IMG/VR virus record: IMGVR_UViG_3300033150_000701
Location: 4,985 to 68,984 of that record
Length of the DNA: 64,000 nucleotides
Strand: one strand, 5' to 3'
Origin: a virus
Shown here: positions 9,971-20,400 of the stretch, piece after piece
How the letters are laid out: each line of letters starts with the position of its first letter
How positions within the stretch are numbered: position 1 is the stretch's first letter
Notes under the pieces: model-generated
The model's database searches: none
What the model saw: only the letters and a program-made list of their open reading frames with translations
Told to the model about the DNA's origin: nothing
Program-made: the position numbers and the translations under genes

Positions 9971-11902
9971 CTATGGCTTATACTCAGCATACCAGCTAAT
10001 GTCCCTATCTGCTGTAACCGCTGCTGGAACAGTAATAGTGATGTTAGTTGCATCAGCACTCCAGATAGCATCAGCAACCTCAGAGTGAGTAGCTCCTAAA
10101 GTTACAACCGTAGGTGTACCAGCTAAGCCATGAGCAAAAGTAACACTTGTCTGTCCGTTGGCTATGGTTGCGGTTCCACTATTCTCTGTGACAAACCCAA
10201 TATTACCTTTAACTTCATACACCGTGCCACTCGGTATCGATACGCTACCTCCAAAATAGTTACCTATCAAGACATTGTTCGCTGCACCTGCGTTAATTTG
10301 GAAGTCACCTACAAAAGAATTGCCAAGCAAACGATTAAGCTGCACATTACCTATTGTTGTATTTGAGTATAGACGATTGCCTACTATTATGTTTTGCCAA
10401 CTGTCTATAAATACGGGGCGTAATATATAATTCCCAACCATGACGTTTACAGTTGCATCAGTATCCAGATACAAGCCGTAGTCAGGATCTGTTTCTCCAT
10501 AAAGCCCAATGAGATTACCCTCTATTCTAGCCGCTGAATTTCCAACGTAGACAATTGAAGACTCTTTCCCTGAATATTCTGATTGACTGTTAGCTCCATG
10601 AATAAATGAATCTTGCAGACTGAAAAGAGTTGCAGTACAGTAAATATTCCGTTCTCGTGCCCAAGGCATAAAAGCTCCAGTTATGCGAACTTGACTATTA
10701 CCAGAGATGTCAAAACATCGCCAACCTTCAAAATGCCCACCTATAATGTCTCCATGAGAATCCTCAATTTTCACAGCACTGTATCCGCTACTCTGCCAGT
10801 TAGTGTTTACTTCAACTATGTTCCAAATCCAATCATAACAGTCAAAGTAGTGTATTCCATGTCCTGTTCCGCCAACAGTCCCTCCCCAACCTCCAACTTC
10901 TCCAATAAGTACGTTCCATAGCCTATGTACGTTTCCGTTATTAATTTCTAAAGCAGTTGACTCTGTTCTAAAAATTCGTATGTTTTCAATGCTAAAATAA
11001 CCTGTTCGTCCTGTCTTACTTGGGTTAATCACTATGCCCTTGCCAGTAAATCCATTTTCACAGTTGCCATAGAATACAATATTTTTAATGGCAAAGCTGT
11101 TAATAGCGTCGTTGGTTGTATAATCTATGTTAAGCATTGTACCGTTAAATTTCTTTACAAAAACTGTTTGTCCTTTTCGATTAGGCTGATAACCACCTAT
11201 TCCCTCCCCTTCCAAAACCCAATACCTTTTATCTACCAAATTTACTGAGTTGCAAAAGCTGTATACGCCAGCTTTTACGAATATTTTTCCTCCTTCTGCT
11301 GGTAGTGTACCTATCACCTGCTGTATCACTACATCGTCTGAATCTCGATTAACTAGCCAGTCAAATCTATAGGTAGCTGTAACAGCAGTACTACCTAGCA
11401 ATCGAACACACATAATACTGTCCCATCCAGTAGGCGTACCGATATCAGTAAACGAAGATCTCAAAACATCAAATTGTTGCCAACCTGAAAAATCATCAGT
11501 GATAGCATAGTAGTATCCATTAGTCTTACTAGCATAAGCCTCATTCCAAAACTCTAACCTAATAGTGGATCCAGTGTTAGCTCCGTACATCCAGATCCTA
11601 AACGAGTTCTTAGATGAGTAATCCTGTGCTGAAGAGTAGTCATGGTAAGCATCTAGAGTCTGACTAGACAACTCTACCTTGTAAGAGTTTGATCCCTTCT
11701 TGTACTCTGTAGAATCATCTGATCCAGTACCCTCAACTAGAGTCCAGAAACTGGATCCTCCATCGTTGAATATCTGTGTAGGTGGGTTACTGTAGTCTAT
11801 AGCACCTGTCTTACCGTTCCTAGCCAGTACCAGATCATACTCATCCTCAGTATAGATAATGTACGATGCCTCAACTAAGTGTTCTCTAGGACTACTACCC
11901 AT
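9971..11902 (-). CDS. Tail fibre/spike with CBM-like and right-handed beta-helix domains
   Basis: VIQQVI..L..GGKIFVKAGVY beta-helix cap, Asn/Gly-rich repeats, C-terminal TENSGT..AHG..TP domain shared with the neighbouring gene. Confidence 0.75.
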   Translation of the reverse strand: MGSSPREHLVEASYIIYTEDEYDLVLARNGKTGAIDYSNPPTQIFNDGGSSFWTLVEGTGSDDSTEYKKGSNSYKVELSSQTLDAYHDYSSAQDYSSKNSFRIWMYGANTGSTIRLEFWNEAYASKTNGYYYAITDDFSGWQQFDVLRSSFTDIGTPTGWDSIMCVRLLGSTAVTATYRFDWLVNRDSDDVVIQQVIGTLPAEGGKIFVKAGVYSFCNSVNLVDKRYWVLEGEGIGGYQPNRKGQTVFVKKFNGTMLNIDYTTNDAINSFAIKNIVFYGNCENGFTGKGIVINPSKTGRTGYFSIENIRIFRTESTALEINNGNVHRLWNVLIGEVGGWGGTVGGTGHGIHYFDCYDWIWNIVEVNTNWQSSGYSAVKIEDSHGDIIGGHFEGWRCFDISGNSQVRITGAFMPWARERNIYCTATLFSLQDSFIHGANSQSEYSGKESSIVYVGNSAARIEGNLIGLYGETDPDYGLYLDTDATVNVMVGNYILRPVFIDSWQNIIVGNRLYSNTTIGNVQLNRLLGNSFVGDFQINAGAANNVLIGNYFGGSVSIPSGTVYEVKGNIGFVTENSGTATIANGQTSVTFAHGLAGTPTVVTLGATHSEVADAIWSADATNITITVPAAVTADRDISWYAEYKP

Positions 11903-11906
11903 AACA

Positions 11907-14513
11907 CTACACCTCTGCTTTCCATCCTATTACAACGTTATCTGTTCCTATAGGTGGAGGAGTAATAAACGTAACTGTAATGTTGGTATCATCTGCTGAC
12001 CAGTACTTGTCACCTACAGCATCAGCACTCTTAGCCTCTAAAGACACTACTGTAGGAGTAGACGCACATCCATGAGCTATTGTGAAGTTGGTAGTAGTAC
12101 CGTCTCCACTAAATGTTGTGGTTCCACTGTTCTCGGTAATGTAGCCTATATTGTTGCGAGCCTTAGAATCACTACCGTAGATTCTGATTCCTTCAACTGC
12201 ATAGTGTTCTATGACGTTGTTTGCAAACAGATTATAATTACCTGCACTAGTTTCATACACTCCGTAACGCATGTAAGCATCAGGGCCACCATTAATCTGA
12301 TTTCCAACGACAACACATTTCGTAGTGTGAACACATATCCCACTTGCTAAAGCATCGGTGCTATTCATCTGATTCACTCTGAAAAATCTGTTACCTACTA
12401 TAACAGATCCTCCACCGCTTGTGAAAACCCCCCCATACCATAGATCGTTGAACACGTTACCTACCGCTACAATATTTGAACTTACTGCTTCAATACCGTA
12501 CCGACCCAAAAATATTTTATTGTTTTCAATCCGTCCACTTGAATCTATAAGATAAATTGCATCTTCATCGTAATTTGTTAGATCCGTAATCACTCCGATG
12601 TCATTGTTTTCAACAACAAAATCACCTGTGCTATCATAATATAATACATGACCCCCACTCCTACCAATTTTATTCTTAGTAATCCAATGCAATCCAGAGT
12701 TTGAAATATGCACGCAACTATCGGCAAAATCTCTAATCCAACATTTTTCAATGACAAAATAATAACCATAAGAGATCTTAACACCCTTACCAACATACGT
12801 ACCCTCCTGTCCATCAAGCTGTAAATTTTCTAAAGAGAAACCTTCGACGTGGTCTTCTGCCGTCCCATCAACTGTAATTAAATCTATGTTCGCTGATTTT
12901 TGCAATACTGTCACTTTTGTATTCCAAGGATAAATTCCCCAACCCTCACCAATTATATGTATATTATTTTTTATTGCAATAGAAGTTTCTATAGGATAAA
13001 TCCCAGTAGAAATAAAAATTATTCCACCATCCGTTAAGCCGTCTATCGCCTGCTGTATCACCGTTGCAGCATCTGTACCACTAAACTCTATCTCACCCGT
13101 TAAACCGTTCCTAGCCCTATACTCTGATCCAGACTTGTAAATAATGTATGATGCAGGTACTTCCAGTCCACCATCTGAAGCTATCACTTTACCATCTGTC
13201 TTGATCGCTCCAGATCCAGACCTATACCAACCTACATCACTCCATTGGACTTTGTAAGAGTCACCTAGTGTTAGATCCTGCTGTACAGAGGCTAATCCTA
13301 TCAGTTGTCTAGAGCTGTTAATCACCTCTGTACCACCAACATACAGATTCAAAGGATCTAGACCTGCATATGCACTATCACCACTAGCTCTAACCCTTAG
13401 AATTTGATCAGTAGCCTTAAGCAACACGTTACCTACAGGAGTAGAGTCTACATCTTTGATCTCAGGATTATTCAATACAGCATTAGCTATTTCATTATCA
13501 GATAAGTCTAGAGTGTTATTCAACGTTAAACCATTAAACGTAGGTGAGTCACTAGTCCTAACACCCTGATCCAGATAGTCACTAAACTCGTAACCATCCC
13601 ATAGATCAGCATTAAGATTAGCTACTAAACCACTACCTGATGTAACAGCAAACGGTGGATCAGGATCTCTATCAAACGTGTGTAATGCAGTAATGGTTCT
13701 GGGAGTAGATACGTGAACATACTGAGTGTGATCGTCATCTGATAAACCAGTAAGAGCTAAACCATGATCTAGCTGTCCACCCTCTGCACCTGAACTCTGA
13801 TGAGTGTGATCTGCATTGATCTTGAGGATCCTATGTTGACCGTCAATTAGATCAGCATCTAGATTAGTGACTTTACCTGATCCAGATGAAACACTAAATG
13901 GTGCTTCAGGATCTCTGTCAAACAGATGTAGAGCAGTTATAGTTCTAGGACTGGATACATGAACGTACTGAACATGATCGTCATCTGCTAACCCGCTAAT
14001 ACTTCCATGATCTAAGTATGACTGTCCACTAGGACTAGCTATAAACTCTACACCTGATCCCAGAGCCTTATTTGTTAAAGTCTGGCTAATAGTAGTTCCA
14101 ACAATATGTCCTGATCCAACACCATGCACTCCACTTGTTAAAGCTGCATGTGTAGCTATATCAGAATCTATCTCACTAGATATCTCGCTGTAGTGTACTC
14201 CATCTAACATGTCAGAGTCTAGATTAGGTACTACTGCACTGCCAGTACTGACAGCAAATGGGCTACTAGGATCCCGATCAAAAGTAATCAGATCTGTAAC
14301 AGTACCACTAACCAGTAGACTAGCACTAATCGTTACATTCTGTAGTACCCTACTACTGGTTATCACCTCTACTTCTTGAATAGTTAAATTATCAAGGGTT
14401 GGAATACTTTGACCGCCAGTATCAGTTTGACTAACGTAATCATCTATGAGCTCATTCCATTGAGGTGCTCTAATCTTAGGTGGATACTTCCTAACCCTAG
14501 TCATATCGATCAC
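11907..14513 (-). CDS. Tail fibre/spike with internal repeats and beta-helix domain
   Basis: Repeats DHG..GL.DDDH.QY and FDRDP..PF.V..GS..V.NL.AD..DG (three copies of the latter), IQQAID..GG.IF...G.Y cap, NosD-like beta helix, shared C-terminal domain. Confidence 0.78.
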   Translation of the reverse strand: MIDMTRVRKYPPKIRAPQWNELIDDYVSQTDTGGQSIPTLDNLTIQEVEVITSSRVLQNVTISASLLVSGTVTDLITFDRDPSSPFAVSTGSAVVPNLDSDMLDGVHYSEISSEIDSDIATHAALTSGVHGVGSGHIVGTTISQTLTNKALGSGVEFIASPSGQSYLDHGSISGLADDDHVQYVHVSSPRTITALHLFDRDPEAPFSVSSGSGKVTNLDADLIDGQHRILKINADHTHQSSGAEGGQLDHGLALTGLSDDDHTQYVHVSTPRTITALHTFDRDPDPPFAVTSGSGLVANLNADLWDGYEFSDYLDQGVRTSDSPTFNGLTLNNTLDLSDNEIANAVLNNPEIKDVDSTPVGNVLLKATDQILRVRASGDSAYAGLDPLNLYVGGTEVINSSRQLIGLASVQQDLTLGDSYKVQWSDVGWYRSGSGAIKTDGKVIASDGGLEVPASYIIYKSGSEYRARNGLTGEIEFSGTDAATVIQQAIDGLTDGGIIFISTGIYPIETSIAIKNNIHIIGEGWGIYPWNTKVTVLQKSANIDLITVDGTAEDHVEGFSLENLQLDGQEGTYVGKGVKISYGYYFVIEKCWIRDFADSCVHISNSGLHWITKNKIGRSGGHVLYYDSTGDFVVENNDIGVITDLTNYDEDAIYLIDSSGRIENNKIFLGRYGIEAVSSNIVAVGNVFNDLWYGGVFTSGGGSVIVGNRFFRVNQMNSTDALASGICVHTTKCVVVGNQINGGPDAYMRYGVYETSAGNYNLFANNVIEHYAVEGIRIYGSDSKARNNIGYITENSGTTTFSGDGTTTNFTIAHGCASTPTVVSLEAKSADAVGDKYWSADDTNITVTFITPPPIGTDNVVIGWKAEV

Positions 14514-15460
14514 TAACCTGTATACATACGATACACGATCTCAAACTCCTCTATCCGACTATAAAGGTTTCTAGACTCTATTCTAGGCACAAATATTCTC
14601 CTAGGTGTGATCAACTCAATATTGTCTGTGGTAGTTCTAACCTCAAACAGTGCTCTATCAGCATACGACAGTAAAGTATCAACCAGATCAGGGTAGGTAG
14701 CTTGAGCTATAAGAGACAGGTTAATCTCGTACACCATAAGCCTATGATCCAAGTAGGGCTGTCTAGTTCTAGGTCTACCTGTAACATCAATGATCAATCT
14801 AGGAAACGAGTATCGTCTAAGTTCCTCTCTAGGATAAGCTGAGTGTATAAAGTCAGGTACATCCACTACAAAGTATATGTCTCCTACAAACACATCCCAT
14901 GATCCACTGATAGTGCTACCTAAACAATCTCCTAACCAGTACCCTGATCCATCCTCATCAGTGTACACAGTGAAATAGTCTGCTGTAGAGGGTGTACATT
15001 GAGGAGATATCTTTAACCAGTACTCGTTCTTAGGTATGAAACCATACTCTGGTAGAGATAGTGTACATGACACTACTTCCATACTGGTAGGTATATCATC
15101 TACAGGGATAGAGTAACTAGACAATGTACTTGTAGATGGATACTCATCTTCACCTTGTATTAGAGATATAACCACCCCTTGATCAGGTGTACCACTCTTA
15201 CTAAGCCTAACAGATACTACCACATTTGGATCGTTAATGTTAGAAGAGGTTAAACCAGTACTGAAAGGCATAAACTTTTGAGCTACATCAATATTCAACG
15301 TTGAATCTGTAACCAGATCGTAAGATACGGTAGCATCAGTATACTCAGGCATCAATCTAGATCGAATAGCGTCTCTAACAGTGTCTTTGATCCAGTTTAA
15401 ACCAAACGGTTCTATAGTGTCAAATATGTTAGAGTCAAAGTATAGTGGATCATAAGCCAT
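14513..15460 (-). CDS. Putative tail terminator/completion protein with inserted beta-sandwich domain
   Basis: Position after the neck genes; C-terminal FPRLIIDV..EINLSL segment resembles tail terminators. Confidence 0.45.
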   Translation of the reverse strand: MAYDPLYFDSNIFDTIEPFGLNWIKDTVRDAIRSRLMPEYTDATVSYDLVTDSTLNIDVAQKFMPFSTGLTSSNINDPNVVVSVRLSKSGTPDQGVVISLIQGEDEYPSTSTLSSYSIPVDDIPTSMEVVSCTLSLPEYGFIPKNEYWLKISPQCTPSTADYFTVYTDEDGSGYWLGDCLGSTISGSWDVFVGDIYFVVDVPDFIHSAYPREELRRYSFPRLIIDVTGRPRTRQPYLDHRLMVYEINLSLIAQATYPDLVDTLLSYADRALFEVRTTTDNIELITPRRIFVPRIESRNLYSRIEEFEIVYRMYTG

Positions 15461-15461
15461 A

Positions 15462-15890
15462 CTAAGACACCTCTCTGATCAACTCCCATAAACTATCAAG
15501 TATCTTATCTCCTATCTTAGTATAGGTGAGATCAACGGTATCGTTAAGCTTGGTACTACCACCTACAACCTTCCTAATAGCAGTAGACCTATACAGATTC
15601 TGAGGACACCTGTACATGGTAAACTCTACCTGTCCCTCAGTAAACTCTTTAACAGCTACACGATAAGCCTCCTCATACTTTGTTATGTCAGGTATAATGT
15701 ACACAGCCATTTCACTACGGCTAACAAACACCATCATGTTAGACAGTTCAGGTATGTTACTCTCAATCTCACTCTTGATCTCCTCTGCTCCCCTAACCAT
15801 ACCTCTCAACACAGCATACTCAAGCCCACTACTAAACCTAGACATAGAACCAGTAGCCTTGCCTATGTCAGGTACTTTAACAGTGATCAA
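15462..15890 (-). CDS. Putative neck/tail completion protein (HK97 gp10-like)
   Basis: Size and position between head closure and terminator. Confidence 0.45.
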   Translation of the reverse strand: MITVKVPDIGKATGSMSRFSSGLEYAVLRGMVRGAEEIKSEIESNIPELSNMMVFVSRSEMAVYIIPDITKYEEAYRVAVKEFTEGQVEFTMYRCPQNLYRSTAIRKVVGGSTKLNDTVDLTYTKIGDKILDSLWELIREVS

Positions 15891-16246
15891 TCTCTAATCC
15901 TCCTCAACAGTACTTCCAAGTAGTCTACTTTAACACCTGTTCTTCTAGGTACAACCTCTACTACCTCACATCGTTCACCATTCCTAAGCACAACATGATC
16001 TCTAGGCTCAATATTCAACGTTGAATAAGTGGACATCACGTAATCGACATCTTCAAAGTACCCTACCTGCTCCCATGACTCCCTATATCCCCTAGCAGCA
16101 TACACTAACGCTCTAGCTGTAATAGTGCTTGAAGGAGTAAAGTATGTTCTCATGTCATCATCTAGATTGTCAGAGTACTTGATCACAGAGATAGTTTCAC
16201 CCATAACCCTGATCACAGATGCTATAGCAAACTCCATGTTGATCAC
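15887..16246 (-). CDS. Putative head closure (stopper) protein
   Basis: 119 aa, beta-rich, directly after the adaptor. Confidence 0.55.
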   Translation of the reverse strand: MINMEFAIASVIRVMGETISVIKYSDNLDDDMRTYFTPSSTITARALVYAARGYRESWEQVGYFEDVDYVMSTYSTLNIEPRDHVVLRNGERCEVVEVVPRRTGVKVDYLEVLLRRIRD

Positions 16247-16899
16247 TATAGACTCCTCCTTAGTAACGAAGGCTCACTAGACCTGTTAACACTAAACTGT
16301 TTAGACCTAGCAAGATTAAGCATCATGTAATAGTTCTCTAACATCTTGTAGAAAGGCTTAACCTGTCTAAGTCTCAAAGCACCATGTTGAAACGAGTCTG
16401 GTACCAGAGCATACTCAGCAGTATACAATAGGAAACCTGCTAAGTATCCTGAAGCAACACCTAACAGAGTATAGTCTATAGTGTTCATGTGATAACAGTA
16501 GTCAGCAGTAACAATTTCAAACGTACTACTGGGGGCATCAGACAGTATAATCCTACCCTCATAAGGCTTAACAGTAGACACTTCAAGCACAGTCTTACTC
16601 AAAGGATCATCAGAGTCACCCCAACCATACACTATCAGATCTGAAGCTGTAACAGTACCATCATAGTCTATGTCAGCTATAGGAGTATGAGCAACATCAA
16701 ACGTAGTGTTAGATCCATCTATAAGTCCACTAAGACTCTCATTAACAACCTCAACACACACATCATGCTTAACCATTAAACACGCCTTACCAAGATAGTA
16801 CTCTACCAGATCATCAGACACATAGTCTGGATCAGTAGGCACAGTACTTAAACCACACAGTCTCCTAACATCTGAAACACTACACCAGTACGTACTCAT
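16246..16899 (-). CDS. Putative head-tail adaptor
   Basis: N-terminal YWCSVSDVR (the Y.T..DV pattern of gp6/gp15-like adaptors); directly after the capsid gene. Confidence 0.62.
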   Translation of the reverse strand: MSTYWCSVSDVRRLCGLSTVPTDPDYVSDDLVEYYLGKACLMVKHDVCVEVVNESLSGLIDGSNTTFDVAHTPIADIDYDGTVTASDLIVYGWGDSDDPLSKTVLEVSTVKPYEGRIILSDAPSSTFEIVTADYCYHMNTIDYTLLGVASGYLAGFLLYTAEYALVPDSFQHGALRLRQVKPFYKMLENYYMMLNLARSKQFSVNRSSEPSLLRRSL

Positions 16900-16936
16900 C
16901 GATCAACACCCTAACCTCTACCTACACGAACTATCT

Positions 16937-16981
16937 AAAAAACATAGTTAGGGGAATATTGCTATCACCAAGCAATATCCC
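16937..16981 (-). terminator. Hairpin plus T-tract downstream of the major capsid gene
   Basis: Inverted repeat ATATTGCT-7 nt-AGCAATAT flanked by GGG/CCC (16951-16981), followed on the - strand by T6 (16942-16937). Confidence 0.5.
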
Positions 16982-17014
16982 ACTACCACACACTCAAAGG
17001 TACTAGCTTAAGGT

Positions 17015-18091
17015 CTAAGCTGACTTCTTACCTGGATACGTACCTGAAGCACAGTTAACAACAACTGCTACACAGTCATCGTTAACTACACCAAAATTAC
17101 GTTCAGCCCACAGGTGATACCATACAGCATCATACTCAGGCTTGTCCTCCCTGTACCCTCTAAGATCCCTCTTGTGAACATCATATCCAAGTCTCTCAGT
17201 ATCGATCAGTATAGCTATACCTTCAGGAGCCCTACTGGTGGTAACCACCTTCATACCTGCTATCTTACCGATCTCACCGTTAAGCAGTCCCTCTTCACCA
17301 TAAGCACTCTTGTCTAAGAAATCAACCTTTTCATCAAACAGTAACCCTGGTAGATCAGCATCGTTGATCACTATAACATCTGGAGACCTATGCTTACCAA
17401 CCAGCTTAGCCCTAGCAGTCAGTATGTCCCACACTGAAAGAGTCTGAGCACTCTTAGCGTTAACATACAGACCAGAACTATGTAGCCTAGCAGAGAACCT
17501 AAACGTGACCGTAGCATTACCAGACGATAGAGAATCCTTCATGTAGAAGGTTCCACCATAGTAGTCTACAGCGTCAATAGTGTTACCCTCAACTTCATCA
17601 ACAAATATGATAGGCACAGATCCAGTAACAGCATACGTAACATCTACCGTAGCACCCATAACTGCAATAGTCTGCTTTAGATCCAACAGCTCATCTAGAG
17701 CTACTGAATCTATGGTTTCAGCCCATACTAGACCAGCCTCATAGATGTGATCTCTCAACACATCTCTCTGAGCAGCCTCTAAAGCCTCATTGGTAAACTC
17801 TAACCTGATACCACCCTTCTTAACCCTGATAGTAACAGCATCATAGTCAAAGCTAGAAGCACTAATAGTGCTACCTGGTGAAACATCCCAACTAGCAGCT
17901 ATACCAGTCTGCTTCTTAGGGAACTGGATCTCTAAACCTGGCTTGTTAACCAGATCCCTGTTCTCCTTAAAGAACTGAGCAAACACCCTTTTACCCCTAG
18001 CAACCTCTTCAATAGCAGCAGCTATGACCTTAGGTGTTAACACTGAAACATCAGCAGTACCTAGACCAGCTAGTTCCTCTATTTCCCTCAT
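17015..18091 (-). CDS. Major capsid protein (HK97 fold)
   Basis: 358 aa downstream of the protease. DLVNKPGLEIQFPK, K.G...FT.E, GEIGKIAGMKVV motifs typical of N4-gp56/HK97-like capsids. Confidence 0.85.
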   Translation of the reverse strand: MREIEELAGLGTADVSVLTPKVIAAAIEEVARGKRVFAQFFKENRDLVNKPGLEIQFPKKQTGIAASWDVSPGSTISASSFDYDAVTIRVKKGGIRLEFTNEALEAAQRDVLRDHIYEAGLVWAETIDSVALDELLDLKQTIAVMGATVDVTYAVTGSVPIIFVDEVEGNTIDAVDYYGGTFYMKDSLSSGNATVTFRFSARLHSSGLYVNAKSAQTLSVWDILTARAKLVGKHRSPDVIVINDADLPGLLFDEKVDFLDKSAYGEEGLLNGEIGKIAGMKVVTTSRAPEGIAILIDTERLGYDVHKRDLRGYREDKPEYDAVWYHLWAERNFGVVNDDCVAVVVNCASGTYPGKKSA

Positions 18092-18125
18092 AGTGTTCTA
18101 CCTCGAACACTATCCACGTATAAAT

Positions 18126-18141
18126 CGTTTAATAAAGGTTT
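18126..18141 (-). promoter_or_regulatory. Possible BRE/TATA promoter of the capsid gene
   Basis: AAACCTTTATTAAAC on the - strand about 35-50 nt upstream of the capsid ATG. Confidence 0.4.
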
Positions 18142-18274
18142 GTATTCAGAGTACTAGCTAGTCCAGTAAACAATACACAGCTAAGCAGCTATAACACATT
18201 CAACGTTGAATAAACAGTATAAGAGAAAAAAATACTAAGGGAGATCATGGATCGTAGACTTTGCCAGGTACCAG

Positions 18275-18544
18275 CTAGATAGCTCTCTTAGGTGGATTCA
18301 CCTTGAAATCTCTAATAGAAAACTCTACAGCCAGATCTAGTATCCTGTCTAGATCAGACCTAGTGTCAGCTATGCCCTGACTAAGAGACTTAATAGTGTG
18401 AAACACAGGACTCTTAGAGTCAGAACCCTTCCTAGACTTAGACAGCTCCTGTATCTGATTCTCTAAGTTAGAAATTTTCTCTAGTAACGATCTAAGAGTG
18501 TCCTCCTCTACAGCTATAAGCCTACTACCCTCCTTAACACCCAT
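18275..18544 (-). CDS. Small coiled-coil protein (possible scaffold fragment)
   Basis: Between protease and capsid genes; heptad LLEKISNLENQIQEL. Confidence 0.5.
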   Translation of the reverse strand: MGVKEGSRLIAVEEDTLRSLLEKISNLENQIQELSKSRKGSDSKSPVFHTIKSLSQGIADTRSDLDRILDLAVEFSIRDFKVNPPKRAI

Positions 18545-18550
18545 ACCACA

Positions 18551-20206
18551 TCACCTACGCTCTAAATGCAGTAACAGATCAGCAGCTCTCTCAGGTGTAA
18601 TACCCTCAGTGATCTCCTTAAGCAACTCCTCTATACTCCTAGTTTTACCAGTAGTGGTAGTAGTAACAGTTTCAGTAGGAGACTCACTCTTAACAGACTC
18701 CTGATCACTAGGCTCGTTACCAGCTTCATCTTCAGAAGTAGAAGTAGACTCCTCTTGAGAGCTCTCTTCAGATCCAGACTTAGACACGTTACCACTCTCC
18801 TCTATATTTTCAGATCCAGATTCAGATTCAGGTTTAGACTCAGACAACCCCTCTTCTGATCCAGACTTAGAATCTGCTTCAGGGTAACTACCCTTACCCA
18901 TCAACTCTCTCATGTACGCTTCAGCATCCTCTCTACTATCAAAAGCCTTCAGTAGCTTAAGCTCCCCTACACCTTCACCTGTAGGTGTAACCTGAAACAC
19001 ACCATATTTGCCATCCTCAGTCTTCTTGATCCTGTACTTAACAGAAGCATTAGCATCAGACTCAACATTAGATCCAGACTCAGTATCATCTATGTGTAGA
19101 TTAGAAACATATTCTCTAGCCTCTTTCTCAGAGTCAAACTGCTTAACGATCCTCCACTTACCAAAGCCCTCTTTAGATGTAGATCGCATTACTATCCACT
19201 TACCAGTCTTAGTGTTTTTAATGACCTTGAACTGTACAGTCAACACTTCCTCTTCCTCATCCTCCTGATCAGAGTCTTCCTCTTGATCTTTGTAGTAGTA
19301 ATAGTAGTAAGGTGGATAACCATAGTAGTAGTACGGGTAGCCATAGTAGTAATAGTATCTCTTTCTCTTAACCCTAGTACTAGGCTTCTTATACCTACCA
19401 GGTGGATAGTAACCGTATATCCTACGCTTACCAGCTAAAGCCTCTGTTAAAGGCATAAACTCTAGATCAATCTCCTCTTCCTGATCATCCTCTTTAGGCA
19501 GCACCGTAACATAGAACTCGTTTAACTCTATAGCTTCATCTGTAGCTTCAGTACTGGTACCTTCACTACTCACATTACCATCTTCAGATCGAGTCATATC
19601 CAACTCACTAATCCCCAAGTAAGTTACACTTGCTTTTGAACCTTGTGATAATTCTTCAACCTTAAAGATGTGACACACATTACATGCAGGTGTACCTGTT
19701 AACGATGCTTCAATAGGTACAATGTTACGAGCAGTCCATACACCATTAGACAACACTTTGTCTATTTTACTCTTAAGACTGATAGATGTGTAATCACCAT
19801 TCAAAATACCCTTGATAGCCTTCCTATCCACAACCACTCCCTTGAATAGTGCAGCATTAAGATCAGGATTCCACTTAACCTCACTAAGCGATCCAACAGC
19901 ACTATTCTTAAAATCTTCTGTATTACCGTGATCCACTAGTATATTGAGGCTGTTCAATAGATCCCTGTAGTTTTCAGTCATAGCCTTGATCTCTTTAGGA
20001 GGATAATACACGTTCTTCCACATACCTTCACCGATCAGCACACCGCTAATCAGTAGCCTATCAGGTAGCTCTTGTTCAACGTTGAATATACTAGCTGACA
20101 GCACAGTAACATTCTCAACCTTAGACTCAGACTCGTAAGAGTTAAGCTTCAACCTAAGCATTTCATTCTCTGCTAACAGCTCCTCCAACACACTAGATCC
20201 TTCCAT
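18551..20206 (-). CDS. Prohead protease/scaffold fusion
   Basis: N-terminal ILVDH..VG...SIS...IEASLTGTPAC (HK97/herpes-like protease H/S pattern), then a Tyr-rich tract, two repeats of a small domain and an acidic Ser/Glu-rich tail. Confidence 0.75.
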   Translation of the reverse strand: MEGSSVLEELLAENEMLRLKLNSYESESKVENVTVLSASIFNVEQELPDRLLISGVLIGEGMWKNVYYPPKEIKAMTENYRDLLNSLNILVDHGNTEDFKNSAVGSLSEVKWNPDLNAALFKGVVVDRKAIKGILNGDYTSISLKSKIDKVLSNGVWTARNIVPIEASLTGTPACNVCHIFKVEELSQGSKASVTYLGISELDMTRSEDGNVSSEGTSTEATDEAIELNEFYVTVLPKEDDQEEEIDLEFMPLTEALAGKRRIYGYYPPGRYKKPSTRVKRKRYYYYYGYPYYYYGYPPYYYYYYKDQEEDSDQEDEEEEVLTVQFKVIKNTKTGKWIVMRSTSKEGFGKWRIVKQFDSEKEAREYVSNLHIDDTESGSNVESDANASVKYRIKKTEDGKYGVFQVTPTGEGVGELKLLKAFDSREDAEAYMRELMGKGSYPEADSKSGSEEGLSESKPESESGSENIEESGNVSKSGSEESSQEESTSTSEDEAGNEPSDQESVKSESPTETVTTTTTGKTRSIEELLKEITEGITPERAADLLLHLERR

Positions 20207-20400
20207 ACAACCACACCTCTACACACCACTTCATACACCTAACACTCTCCAAGCACATTAATAAATCTCTTTACGTGGTACACCATAAGCTGTTACCATC
20301 AGCACCTCCTTTATGTTTCCAAGTTGAACCTTTCAACACTACTGGCTACAAGCAGTAGCACACCATTATACAGGATTTGAACGTAAGATAAAGACATGTA

